Shown: piece after piece, positions 8,225 to 17,850 of the stretch | Numbering within the stretch: the stretch's first letter is position 1 | Layout: each line of letters starts with the position of its first letter | Source: an uncultured Acidobacteriaceae bacterium | GTDB lineage: Bacteria; Acidobacteriota; Terriglobia; Terriglobales; Acidobacteriaceae | Length of the DNA stretch: 35,203 bases | Direction: 5' to 3' | NCBI GenBank assembly: GCA_964243395.1 | Contig: CAXTFS010000002.1 | Span: forward strand, 1-35,203 | Made by a program: the position numbers and the translations under genes | The notes under the pieces: generated by a model | What the model saw: only the letters and a program-made list of their open reading frames with translations | Told to the model about the DNA's origin: nothing | Database searches by the model: none

Positions 8225-9403
8225 ATGAAAGCACCTTTACCTTACCTGCGATTTCCCCTGCTGAAACGACGCCTGACACGACATCTGGGCTGCCTACTCG
8301 GCCTCGCCGCGGCATGCTGCACGCTGCCCTTGAGTGGTGTCGCGCAGACACCGCAGGGCACCAGCGGCAGTGCGGCAAAAACACTGAACGCGACGATTTC
8401 ACTGCCGAACGCCATCACCAATGGCGTAGCGGCCTCACCAGATGGCCGCATCTTTATGGTCATCGCCAAGCAGAAGGGACAGGATGTGCCGGAGATCGCC
8501 GAATATGTCCGCGGCGAGTTGAAGGCTTACCCGGATGCGAGCTGGAATGCCTGGAAGCCGGGCGGCGATGCGTCAAAAGCGTTCGTTCATGCGAACTCCA
8601 TCCGTTTCGGCCTCGACGGGACCCTTTGGGTGGTCGACTTCGGTTCGCCGGACATGGGCGAACCCGTTGTGCCGCACGGTCCCAAGCTGGTAGGCATCGA
8701 TATCACAACCGGCCAGGTAAGCAAGACGGTCTACCTGGACAAGGTCGTTAAGCCGGAGAGTGCGGTAGACGATGTGCGCTTCAACGGCGACCATGCGTAC
8801 CTCACGGACGCGGGCTGGCCCGGCCTCATCGTGGTGCACATGCCCGACGGCTCCATGAAGCGCATGGTTAGCGATCAGCCATCTCCCACGGCCCAGAAGC
8901 CGCTGTTCGCTGAAGGGCGTCAGCTGCAGAGCAAGGACGGCAAGCCGGTCTACTTTCACGCGGATCAGCTGGAGGTCTCGCCGGACGGTGCCACGCTGTA
9001 CTGGCAGCCGTGTTCCGGGCCGATGTACGCCATTGCCACGCAGTACATCGACGACGGCACCCTGCCTGACAGCGAACGCGCGAAACATGTGCGGCTCTTC
9101 GCAAATACGGGCACTGCGGGCGGTACAGCCATCGATGCCAGGGGCAACGTGTATGTCAGCGATACGCAGCATGACGCCGTGCTGAAGGTCTCGCCGGCCG
9201 GCAAGGTAGAGACGCTGGTGCAGGACCCACGGCTGGTCTGGGTAGACGCCATGTGGATCACCGCGGACGGCCGCTTGTGGATGCCCGCAGCGCAGCTGGA
9301 CCGCACACCTAACTTCAACAATGGCAAGCAGGCCGTGCAGTACCCCATGACAGTGTTCACCGTGAACATCGGAAATGGGCCAGCGCTGAATGATCACAAA
9401 TGA
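8225..9403 (+). CDS. Secreted major royal jelly protein / SMP-30-gluconolactonase-like beta-propeller
   Basis: Signal peptide; NGVAASPDGRIF, LWVVDFG, DDVRF..AYLTDAG, HADQLEVSPDG, LVWVDAMWI; GAGG SD. Confidence 0.82.
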   Translation: MKAPLPYLRFPLLKRRLTRHLGCLLGLAAACCTLPLSGVAQTPQGTSGSAAKTLNATISLPNAITNGVAASPDGRIFMVIAKQKGQDVPEIAEYVRGELKAYPDASWNAWKPGGDASKAFVHANSIRFGLDGTLWVVDFGSPDMGEPVVPHGPKLVGIDITTGQVSKTVYLDKVVKPESAVDDVRFNGDHAYLTDAGWPGLIVVHMPDGSMKRMVSDQPSPTAQKPLFAEGRQLQSKDGKPVYFHADQLEVSPDGATLYWQPCSGPMYAIATQYIDDGTLPDSERAKHVRLFANTGTAGGTAIDARGNVYVSDTQHDAVLKVSPAGKVETLVQDPRLVWVDAMWITADGRLWMPAAQLDRTPNFNNGKQAVQYPMTVFTVNIGNGPALNDHK

Positions 9404-9594
9404 AGCGGAGAGAAACGTGGGCCCAGAAAGAGTTTGGGCCCGCTTTCCAGCGGGCCCGGAGAGGCATGTGGGAGGGAGAAACTGAGGAGTGGGGAGGGGT
9501 GCCCGAAAGGGCAAAAGAAGAGTTTTACTAAAGGTGGGACAGGGAGGAATGCCTCTCAGTACACATTTAGACGCGGTGCCTTCGCAGAGGTTGC

Positions 9595-11259
9595 ATGCCC
9601 GTCACGGGCACCGCCTTCGTAAATTCTCACCCTACAAAACATGTGCCCACCACCCAATCTGCTGGCTCTCTAAATCCATCTGCGGAGCGATCGCCCTTGA
9701 AGTCTGACATCCCGCGAACGCCGTTTCACAGCAACTCCAGTGGGCTTTCTCGACAAACGCTATGTGTCGCCATCAGCGCTGGTTCGATCGATGAGTTGAT
9801 AGCGAAGTCGCGTGAACTCCGCGGCAGTTTTCCGTTCCAGGAGCTGCGCCTCGACTATCTTCCAGACCCGCTCGCGGCCGTGAGCGCCCTCCCGGATCTG
9901 CTGACTGGAGCCGCACCGCCGGCCTTGCTCGCAACCTGTCGGCGCACCGGGAGCGGTGGGCGCTTCCGCGGCGATGCCGGGGCCGAGCTGGACGTGCTTG
10001 CTGCCGCTGCCAAGGCCGGCTGCGTTCTTGTCGATCTTGCGCTGGAGAGCGCGGAGGAGTTGGGCCGGGATGCCCTGGGGAGGCTGCGCAACGCAGGCGC
10101 CGCAGTCGTGTTGAGCTTCCATGATTTCGAGGGCCCCAACGATGTCGAAGCGGTGTACCGGCGCATGACTGCGCTGTCCCCGGACCTCTGCAAGATCGTA
10201 CCCACGGCGCACGGCCTCCGTGACAATCTTGGCCTGTTGCACTTTCTGCAAACCCGGCAAGCAAGTGATCCCCAGGTGGTCGGGCTGCTCATGGGCGAGG
10301 CCGGTATGCCCTCCCGGATCCTTGGCGTACGCGCGGGTTCTGCCTTCACCTTCGGGGCGGCCTCGGCCGCGGAGGCGACCGCGTCCGGCCAGATCGATGC
10401 GCTCACACTGCGCGATCTCTATCGGCTCGAGACGCTGAACGCGGACACGAAACTCTACGGGGTTGCCGGGGATCCGGTGGCGTCCTCCAGGTCGCCCCTC
10501 ATGCTGAACGCAGCGTTCGGGCACGCTGGGCAGAACGCGGTGTACCTGCCGTTGCTGACGCATGATGCCGCCGATCTTTTCCGGTTTGCGCGCGATCTCC
10601 CGCTCGCCGGATTCAGTGTGACCATGCCGCTAAAGGCAGCGGTTTTGCCGCACCTGGATCAGGTCGATCCACTCGCCCGCAAGATCGGCGCGGTCAACAC
10701 GGTGGTGCGTGAGCCGGACGGCAGCTACTCCGGGTACAACACCGATATCGCCGGGATCACGGGCCCACTGGAGGAGCGGCTCAGCCTCGGGGGCGCACGC
10801 GTGCTCGTGCTGGGCGCCGGTGGCGCAGCGCGCGCGGCTGCCTTCGGCTGCGCCGACCGGGGCGCCTCGGTGGCCATCCTGAATCGCACCTTTGCGAACG
10901 CCGTCCAGCTCGCGGACGAGGCAGGCGGAACGGCGCTGCAGCACGATGAGCTGGCCGGCTGTCCCGCGTTCGACGTCGTCATCAACGCGACGCCGGCTGG
11001 TATGCGCGGCAATGCGACGGCGTTGCCAATTGACACCGCCGAGCTTCGTACGCGGCTGGTCTTCGACACGGTTTATAACCCCCTCGAGACGCCGTTGATT
11101 CAGGCTGCGCGTGCGCGCGGCGTCGAGACGATCGCGGGAATTGAGATGTTCGTGCGCCAGGGCGCGCGCCAGTTCGAACTGTGGACAGGGGAGCCGGCCC
11201 CGGTGGACCTTATGCGGGACATCGTTCTGAAAAGTCTTACCGGCGCCACCCGCAGCTAG
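9595..11259 (+). CDS. aroE: Bifunctional type I 3-dehydroquinate dehydratase / shikimate dehydrogenase (AroD-AroE fusion); true start possibly 9643 or 9697
   Basis: AroD-I motifs ELRLDYL, ATCRR..GG.F, LSFHDF, CKIV; AroE motifs SP.M.N, VTMPLK, GAVNT, NTD, GAGGAA, NATP, VYNPLET, QGARQF. Confidence 0.93.
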   Translation: MPVTGTAFVNSHPTKHVPTTQSAGSLNPSAERSPLKSDIPRTPFHSNSSGLSRQTLCVAISAGSIDELIAKSRELRGSFPFQELRLDYLPDPLAAVSALPDLLTGAAPPALLATCRRTGSGGRFRGDAGAELDVLAAAAKAGCVLVDLALESAEELGRDALGRLRNAGAAVVLSFHDFEGPNDVEAVYRRMTALSPDLCKIVPTAHGLRDNLGLLHFLQTRQASDPQVVGLLMGEAGMPSRILGVRAGSAFTFGAASAAEATASGQIDALTLRDLYRLETLNADTKLYGVAGDPVASSRSPLMLNAAFGHAGQNAVYLPLLTHDAADLFRFARDLPLAGFSVTMPLKAAVLPHLDQVDPLARKIGAVNTVVREPDGSYSGYNTDIAGITGPLEERLSLGGARVLVLGAGGAARAAAFGCADRGASVAILNRTFANAVQLADEAGGTALQHDELAGCPAFDVVINATPAGMRGNATALPIDTAELRTRLVFDTVYNPLETPLIQAARARGVETIAGIEMFVRQGARQFELWTGEPAPVDLMRDIVLKSLTGATRS

Positions 11260-13352
11260 CCTCCTGCGTACTCCTTGCCGATCCAGTCGCGGAAGGCATC
11301 CATGGCCACGTCCTCCTGGCCCAGGAACGCCTCCACGAGAGCGCGTGCCGGCTTTGAGCCACCGGGCTCGAGGACTTCACGCCGGTAGCGTTTGCCCGTG
11401 TCGCTACTGAGCATGTCGGTCGACTCCGCACCGCTTGCAAACTGCCGAAAAAACTCCAGCGCCATCACCTTGTCATACAGGTAGGTGTAGTAGTTCGAGG
11501 TGTAGCCGACGAGGTGCGTGAAGGCCGCATACATGCGGTTGCCATCGACGAACTCGTAGCGCGAGAAGCGCTCGTAGCCCGCGCGCAACAGCGTGTCCAG
11601 ATCCAGCTGAGCGGCGCGCTGGTCATGCGTCTCCATGGAGTAGGTCGCATACATCACCTGCGTCAGCGTGGAGAGTGCACGGCCATGCGCACTGGCCTCG
11701 GTCATGCGGGCCACGATGTCGTACGGGATGGGCTCGCCCGTGTCGACGTGCCGTGCAAAGGTCCGCAGCAGGTCGGCATCTTCGAAGAATTCTTCCAGCA
11801 TCTGCGAAGGGACCTCAACGAAATCGCCCTCCGTTGCGATGCCGCTCTGCCCTGCCCAGCGTTGCCGTCCGCCCAAAACCTCGTGCATCAGGTGACCGAA
11901 CTCGTGGAAATAAGTGACCACGTCGGAGTACTGCATCAGCCCGGCGTCGGTTGCGGTGGGCTCAGGGAAATTGCACACCAGGGAAGCCTCAGGGATCTGC
12001 TGCCCCAGCACACCACCTACGAGCGAGCACTCGGAGAACCACTTGCTCTTGCCCTCGCGCGGATGCATGTCGAGATAAATGCGCCCGATCACCTCACCCG
12101 CAGCGGCCTGCGTTGTTGCGGACGGCGATGCGGAGCCAGCGAGCTCATTGCGCACATCGAAGGCCTTCACCGAGGGGTCCCACACCGGCGCATCCGGCAC
12201 GCGCTCAAAGGAGACACTAAAGAGCTTACCGGCCGTTGCAAGTATGCCGGCTTCAACCTGCGTGTATGGAAAATACGGCCGCACACTTTGCGAGTCGAAG
12301 GCGTAGCGCGTGCGGCGATACTGCTCTTCCCAGAAGCGCGCATCGCTTAACGTGAGTGGAAGGGCGGCGGGATCGCGCTCACGTACAAAGGCTTCCAACT
12401 CGTGCCACTCACGGGAGGCGGTGTCACGCGCCGCGGCCTCCACTGCGTCGAGAAAACGCCGCATGTTCTCCGCCGACCCCATCATCTGGTCGACGGTCGC
12501 GAGGTCGGCCCAGGAGCGAAAGCCCAGCAACTCCGCCATCTCCTCCCGCGCGGCGAGCAGATCGAGCAGCACCGCCTTGTTCGCCGGATACCCGCGATCG
12601 TTGTAGGCGAGGTAGAGCTTCCGACGCAGCGAAGCGCTCGCCGCATAGCTCATCACCGGCGACAGATCCGGCGGGTCGGTGGTGATCACGACCGGCGCAG
12701 CGGCCGTGCGGTCTGCCCCGATGCCGTGTCGCGTGAGGTAGTCCGCCGGCAGGCCGTCGAGTTCGCGCGGATCCTCCACCGTGATGCGCCGCACGTCATC
12801 CTGCACCGTGCGGCTGAAGCCCATGCTGAGCTCGGTCATGCGATCGGCGAGGGCACGCACGCGGTCGCGGGTGGCCTCGTCGCGATCGACGCCAGCCAAG
12901 CGGTAGCCCAGCAGGGTGCGCTCGAGGTAATAGCGCGTGGCCTCGTCTTCAGCGCTCGCGTCGACGGCTTCGAGCGCGTGGTAGACCTCGCGGTTCAGGC
13001 TCAACGCAACACCTTCGGCACTGACCTCCTGCGAGAGCGCCTGCACAGCATCGCGCACACCGGCGAGCGGATGCACCATGAACATCACATGCGCCTGGCT
13101 GCCGGCCATGCGCAGATGCCACGCGGCACGGTCGTAGAGCGCCAGCGTGTTTGTCGCCGTACGCATGCCCTGGACGGCCAGCAGTTCAGCGATGGCTTTT
13201 CGCGTTGCCACGAGGTGCGCCTCGACCCAGCGCGCCGCGTCCGCAGGCCCCGTCATCCCGGCCCAGAGGTGCAGCGTGTCTCCGGTTCCCTGCCCGTTTC
13301 CCTGCATCGCCATAGCTGCGTTCTCGACAACCCCAACGTTCGTGGATCCCAT
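11256..13352 (-). CDS. M3-family metallo-oligopeptidase (thimet oligopeptidase-like)
   Basis: FHEFGHLMH zinc motif, DFVEVPSQMLE, YLDMHPREGK, YYTYLY, LEPGGS. Confidence 0.93.
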   Translation of the reverse strand: MGSTNVGVVENAAMAMQGNGQGTGDTLHLWAGMTGPADAARWVEAHLVATRKAIAELLAVQGMRTATNTLALYDRAAWHLRMAGSQAHVMFMVHPLAGVRDAVQALSQEVSAEGVALSLNREVYHALEAVDASAEDEATRYYLERTLLGYRLAGVDRDEATRDRVRALADRMTELSMGFSRTVQDDVRRITVEDPRELDGLPADYLTRHGIGADRTAAAPVVITTDPPDLSPVMSYAASASLRRKLYLAYNDRGYPANKAVLLDLLAAREEMAELLGFRSWADLATVDQMMGSAENMRRFLDAVEAAARDTASREWHELEAFVRERDPAALPLTLSDARFWEEQYRRTRYAFDSQSVRPYFPYTQVEAGILATAGKLFSVSFERVPDAPVWDPSVKAFDVRNELAGSASPSATTQAAAGEVIGRIYLDMHPREGKSKWFSECSLVGGVLGQQIPEASLVCNFPEPTATDAGLMQYSDVVTYFHEFGHLMHEVLGGRQRWAGQSGIATEGDFVEVPSQMLEEFFEDADLLRTFARHVDTGEPIPYDIVARMTEASAHGRALSTLTQVMYATYSMETHDQRAAQLDLDTLLRAGYERFSRYEFVDGNRMYAAFTHLVGYTSNYYTYLYDKVMALEFFRQFASGAESTDMLSSDTGKRYRREVLEPGGSKPARALVEAFLGQEDVAMDAFRDWIGKEYAGG

Positions 13353-13466
13353 CTGCCCTCATCCTCGCGCGCCCTTGCGGCACGTGCTTCTATTGTCTCT
13401 GACGCTTCCATGCGGCGCAGGTCGCACGGTGCGTCGACCATCAACCGACGCTACACTGGGGAGGCT

Positions 13467-13943
13467 ATGCGTTATCTGATCGCTTTGCTGGCGCTTGCCG
13501 GGCTGTTCGACTCCGTTCTTGCCCTTCGCATCCATTTGCAGGATCCAAATGCGGCACCGCCCTGCGCTGTGTCGGAGCGCTGGGACTGCGGTTCCGTCAA
13601 CCACTCGCGTTTTTCGGTCTTTCCGCCGACCTCCTTTGACGAGGCACCGAACTCCAAGGCCGTGCATGTGCCGGTCGCGATCCTGGGCATCGTCGGGTAC
13701 GCGCTGATCGCCGGGCTGGCGCTCGCCAACCAGTTGTGGGCCACGTTGCAGGCCGCCGAAATTGGCTTCGCGTTCGCCGCCTTTCTCACCTTTATGGAAG
13801 CGTATGTAATCCAGAAATGGTGTATTTACTGCGTGTACTCGCAGTTGATCATTGCCGCGATCCTTCTCTGCACGATTGGGGCTCTGGTGCTGCAACACAG
13901 ATCGCGACGCCGTGTATCGTCTGCCGCCGTCACGAATGCCTGA
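13467..13943 (+). CDS. Vitamin K epoxide reductase (VKOR) family protein, stand-alone
   Basis: Loop cysteines C-AVSERWD-C, conserved Ser, active-site CIYC, four TMs; GGAGG before ATG 13467. Confidence 0.9.
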   Translation: MRYLIALLALAGLFDSVLALRIHLQDPNAAPPCAVSERWDCGSVNHSRFSVFPPTSFDEAPNSKAVHVPVAILGIVGYALIAGLALANQLWATLQAAEIGFAFAAFLTFMEAYVIQKWCIYCVYSQLIIAAILLCTIGALVLQHRSRRRVSSAAVTNA

Positions 13944-13997
13944 CGCGCCTTTCGGATCTTCTATTCCCCACACGGAGCCGCCGCATAGAATGGGCCC

Positions 13998-14432
13998 ATG
14001 TGGCCGAAGGCAATTGCGCAACTGGTAGAGCTTGCTCCGCACGTATCCCGGCTGCTGCCGCTTGCGGACCGCTTCCTGAAAGACAAGGCTGCCACCGAGA
14101 CAGCTACCCAGCAGACCACCGATGCGACGCACAAGGCGATGGAGGCCCATCGGCAAAGCCTCGACACGATGGCCACGGGCCTGCGAAGCGATCTGGGCCA
14201 GCTTGCCACCTTTCATGCCGCTCTGCAGACGCAGATGGCAGAGCTGGACAAGCATCTCTCCAGCACGCGCGCCGACGCCCTCGGGGCGAAGCTTGCAGCG
14301 GAGTCCTTGCAGGCCCGACTGACGGGCATTGAGCAGCGGCAACAGCAATCGCAGGTTCTGCTGGGGATCGCCTTGCTGGTGCTGGCAGCGCTCCTGGTGC
14401 TTCTGCTGCTGCCTTACGTGCATGGGCACTAG
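13998..14432 (+). CDS. Hypothetical coiled-coil protein with C-terminal TM anchor
   Basis: Ala/Gln/Leu heptad-rich helix; C-terminal VLLGIALLVLAALLVLLLL; TAGAAT box 6 nt before the ATG. Confidence 0.7.
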   Translation: MWPKAIAQLVELAPHVSRLLPLADRFLKDKAATETATQQTTDATHKAMEAHRQSLDTMATGLRSDLGQLATFHAALQTQMAELDKHLSSTRADALGAKLAAESLQARLTGIEQRQQQSQVLLGIALLVLAALLVLLLLPYVHGH

Positions 14433-14444
14433 AGAACGCCCGGC

Positions 14445-15707
14445 ATGAACTCCCCGCAGCGCCTATCGCACACGACGCTACGCCGCCGTGGTGGCCTCGC
14501 CGAGCTGGCGCGCAATCTTGCACGGCAACGGGCGGCCCGCCAGGTGCCGCCAACGCCGCCTCGCGGAGCACGGCGGCTTTGGGCTGCGGCCATTCTCGTC
14601 ATCGTCCTGGCCGTGCTGAGCCTGCTGCTCTGGCCCACGGTGCGGGTGCATCTGCAGGCTGCTGCGGTGCTGAAACTGGTCGCCAACCAACCCGTGCCGG
14701 AGAGCCTGCGCTGGACGGTGCGCGATCGCGTAGCCGTCGACGATCTCAGCTTTCCGAGCAAGGGCGGCCCGGTGCGTGCGCGGCTCTACACGCCCGTGGA
14801 GCAGCCGAACGCGCCGGCAGTGGTGCTGCTCCATGGCGTGCACCATCTCGGCATGGACGATCCGCGCATGATCGCCTTTGCGTCCGCCATGAGCGCCTGC
14901 GGCCTGCGTGTTCTGACGCCGGAGCTGCCGGACATCAAGGACTACCAGGTCGGGGCAAATTCCATCGCCATCATCGGCGAATCGGCGGAGTGGCTCTCGC
15001 AACAGGCAGGCAATCAGCCAGTGGGGGTGATCGGGTTCAGCTTCTCCGGCGGCCTTTCGCTGCTGGCCGCGGGCGATCCGCAATTCCGGCAGAGCATTCG
15101 GTTCGTTGTCGCCGTCGGTTCACAGGACGAGATGTCCCGCGTTGCCGCCTACTACCGCACGGGCGAAGATCAACGGCCCAATGGAACAGAAGAATTGCTG
15201 CCCCCACACGAGTACGGCGCGCTGGTGCTGGAGTATGAGCACCTGGGCGAGTTCGTTCCACAGGCGGACCTGCCACCGCTGCGCGAGGTGCTGCGTGCCC
15301 ACCTCTACGAGGATGTCCCCGCCGAGCATGCAGCCATGCTGCGCTTGACCCCGCAGCAGACCGGCGAGGCCAAGGCGTTGATGGACACGAGCTCGCCGAC
15401 GACGCGTGCGCTGCTCGCAAAGGCAGAGGCAAAACACATTGCCGATATGGCCGGCGTCAGCCCGCATGGCCACCTCCGCAACCTGACTGTCCCCGTCTAC
15501 CTGCTGCACGGGCAGGCCGACAACATCATCCCCGCCGCCGAGACCCTGTGGATGGAAAGCGAGCTGCCCGACACCACACTGAAGGCGGCATTGATCTCCC
15601 CGGTTCTTTCCCATATCGACCTGGACGGCGCTGGGCCCAGCATAGCGGACAACCTGCGCTTGCTGCACTTTTTCGCGCTGATCCTGCAGGCGGCTGAGGC
15701 CAAGTAA
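14445..15707 (+). CDS. Membrane-anchored alpha/beta hydrolase
   Basis: N-terminal TM; VVLLHGVH, nucleophile elbow GFSFSGG, LLHGQADNII, LSH. Confidence 0.82.
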   Translation: MNSPQRLSHTTLRRRGGLAELARNLARQRAARQVPPTPPRGARRLWAAAILVIVLAVLSLLLWPTVRVHLQAAAVLKLVANQPVPESLRWTVRDRVAVDDLSFPSKGGPVRARLYTPVEQPNAPAVVLLHGVHHLGMDDPRMIAFASAMSACGLRVLTPELPDIKDYQVGANSIAIIGESAEWLSQQAGNQPVGVIGFSFSGGLSLLAAGDPQFRQSIRFVVAVGSQDEMSRVAAYYRTGEDQRPNGTEELLPPHEYGALVLEYEHLGEFVPQADLPPLREVLRAHLYEDVPAEHAAMLRLTPQQTGEAKALMDTSSPTTRALLAKAEAKHIADMAGVSPHGHLRNLTVPVYLLHGQADNIIPAAETLWMESELPDTTLKAALISPVLSHIDLDGAGPSIADNLRLLHFFALILQAAEAK

Positions 15708-15725
15708 GCTGGTGGTGAGCTTTCC

Positions 15726-16802
15726 ATGTCCGACGAACTGATCACCCTTGACGACATCCTGGCTGCCCGCGATCGCATCGCCGGCACGGCTGTCCGCACG
15801 CCGCTGGTCCGGCTCGACCGCGCGCGCCTGCGAGCTAATGGCTTCGCCTTGCCCGCGAACGCACCGGAGATTTACCTGAAGAACGAGGCCGCGCAGCCGA
15901 TTGGCTCCTTTAAGCTGCGGGGCGCGTACAACAAGGTCGCCGCACTGGCGGAGAGCGACCATGAAGCCTTTCGGCGTGGCGTGATCACGTTTTCCTCCGG
16001 CAACCATGCGCAGGGCGTGGCGTACGCGGCACGCGCGCTGGGCACAAGGGCCGTCATCGTGATGCCGGACAATGCGCCCGCGGTAAAACGGAGCGCCACG
16101 GAGGCCCTCGGCGCGGAGATCGTCACCGTCGGCCCGGCGAGCACGGAACGCAAGCGCCGAGCCGAAGAGCTGGTCGCCCAGCACGGCTATGCGATGGTCC
16201 CACCCTATGACGATCCCTTGATCATCGCGGGCCAGGCCACGTGCGGGCTGGAGATCGCCGAACAGCTTGCGGAGCTCGACGCAAACGCCCACCCAAAGAC
16301 GCTGGTGCTCTCGCCCGTCTCCGGAGGCGGTCTGCTCTCGGGCGTGGCGACCGGGCTGAAGCTCGCCAACGCCGCTGCCGGCCGCTCGGTCCCGCAGGTT
16401 TGGGGATGCGAGCCCGCGCTGGCTGCGGATGCGCACGCGTCGTTCTACTCCCGGCAGATGGTGGAGTGGCCCGCCGAGCACACCACGCGCACGCTGGCCG
16501 ATGGTCTCAGGACCCAATCGCTTGGCAAGCGAAACCTCGCTCACATTCTTGTGTACGTCGACGGCATCGTGACCGTCACGGAGGCGGAGATCCGCAGCGC
16601 CACACGCCTGATGCTCGCGGCTACGGAGATTGTCGCGGAGCCTTCAGGTGCGGTGACGCTCGCGGCCGCGCTGTTTCACGCAGCCGAGCTCCCCCGGGCT
16701 GACCGCGTCGTTGCGGTGGTCTCGGGCGGCAATCTCGACCCAGCGCTGCTTGAAGAACTACAAGCCGAGCTCGCGACCGAAGCGGCCGGCGCGCACGTCT
16801 AA
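15726..16802 (+). CDS. PLP-dependent threonine/serine dehydratase (racemase-like; no ACT regulatory domain)
   Basis: RTPL, KNE..QPIGSFKLRGA, SSGNHAQG, PVSGGGL, AEPSGA, VSGGN. Confidence 0.92.
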   Translation: MSDELITLDDILAARDRIAGTAVRTPLVRLDRARLRANGFALPANAPEIYLKNEAAQPIGSFKLRGAYNKVAALAESDHEAFRRGVITFSSGNHAQGVAYAARALGTRAVIVMPDNAPAVKRSATEALGAEIVTVGPASTERKRRAEELVAQHGYAMVPPYDDPLIIAGQATCGLEIAEQLAELDANAHPKTLVLSPVSGGGLLSGVATGLKLANAAAGRSVPQVWGCEPALAADAHASFYSRQMVEWPAEHTTRTLADGLRTQSLGKRNLAHILVYVDGIVTVTEAEIRSATRLMLAATEIVAEPSGAVTLAAALFHAAELPRADRVVAVVSGGNLDPALLEELQAELATEAAGAHV

Positions 16803-16811
16803 CAGGCAGCT

Positions 16812-17822
16812 ATGACTCGGTCTTCCCTACTCGCCACCGGAGCGGTTCTCCTGCTCGCCTCCCCCGCGCTGCAGGCGCAGAAGCGCAACCCTGAACCAGG
16901 CTCCGACCGCACGCAGCGTGCGACTGTGTTGCACACGGCGAACGTGTACGCCGTGGCCGACCCGGCCGATCCACCCATCGCCAGCGTCGCGCCCGGGCAC
17001 GAGATCGTGCAGAACCAGAAGAACGGGCCGTGGGTGAACGTGTTCGCCAACACGGACGTGAAGGAAGAGGACGACGAGACCAAGCCCGAGTTCACCGATC
17101 CCAAGGATCAGCCAAACCCCAGCTCCGGCTGGATTCGCGACAAGGGCATCGTGGGGCCGCGCACCCCGCAGGGCGACGTACTGCTGTACGGCGCTGCGGC
17201 TGACCTGGAAGTGCAGGCCGCCGAGCCCCACGGCCCTAAAGGTGCCGCGGAGTCCGCCGGCTTGCTTTACCGCCGCGTCTGGGAGTACTTCCCCGAATCC
17301 ACCCTGGCACCCGAGGCCGCGTTTCGCTCCGCCGATATCCGCTGGCAGACAGACAAGGCCGACAACAGCACCCTGCCCAGTGCGCACGAACAGGATGCCA
17401 TGCTGCGTCCGCAGCTCTACGAAGGCGAGCTGAAGCGCGTGATGAAGAACTACCCCAACACGCCCGATGCAGCCAGGGCAGCGTTCGATCTGCTCGACAA
17501 CAAGGTGTGCGGCGACTGGCAGGGCCTACCCAAGTGTCCGGAGATGGAGACCAATCTCTACCTGAAGTATGCGGACCGCTATCCCAACGGACCCAAGTCT
17601 GCCGAGGCGCTGTATAACGCGACGTATCGGCAAGGCGCACTGGTGAGCATGTACCTCGTGGAAGAGAACGCGAAGCGGTCCTCCACTGCAGCGCAGAACT
17701 GCCAGTCAATCGTGGATCGCATGATGAAGGATTATCCCAAGTCAGACTTCACGGCACGCGCCGCCAGCATCGCCTACCGTGTGAACCAGGGCATTTCCGT
17801 CTACGGCAACGACCGCGACTAG
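16812..17822 (+). CDS. Secreted protein: SH3b-like N-terminus plus TPR/BamD-like helical repeats
   Basis: Signal peptide; ANVY..AD...GPWVNV...SGWI; repeated Y/F-P-x-S/T/G-x-x-A TPR-like ends. Confidence 0.65.
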   Translation: MTRSSLLATGAVLLLASPALQAQKRNPEPGSDRTQRATVLHTANVYAVADPADPPIASVAPGHEIVQNQKNGPWVNVFANTDVKEEDDETKPEFTDPKDQPNPSSGWIRDKGIVGPRTPQGDVLLYGAAADLEVQAAEPHGPKGAAESAGLLYRRVWEYFPESTLAPEAAFRSADIRWQTDKADNSTLPSAHEQDAMLRPQLYEGELKRVMKNYPNTPDAARAAFDLLDNKVCGDWQGLPKCPEMETNLYLKYADRYPNGPKSAEALYNATYRQGALVSMYLVEENAKRSSTAAQNCQSIVDRMMKDYPKSDFTARAASIAYRVNQGISVYGNDRD

Positions 17823-17850
17823 TCTGCGATCGTTGCCACCGTTGGGTCGA

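Noticed and set aside
9509-9550. c-di-GMP-I riboswitch (GGCAAA...GTGGGAC resemblance)
   Set aside because: Lacks the GAAA-capped P2 stem between these elements, the following GCAAAG and the tetraloop receptor.
12402-13466. 355-aa N-terminal extension of VKOR
   Set aside because: Antisense shadow of the M3 peptidase; VKOR has its own SD and ATG at 13467.
15120-16544. Long antisense ORFs (this one, 21429-22502, 22931-24073, 33715-34767 and similar)
   Set aside because: Typical high-GC shadow frames opposite well-supported genes, with no recognisable motifs.
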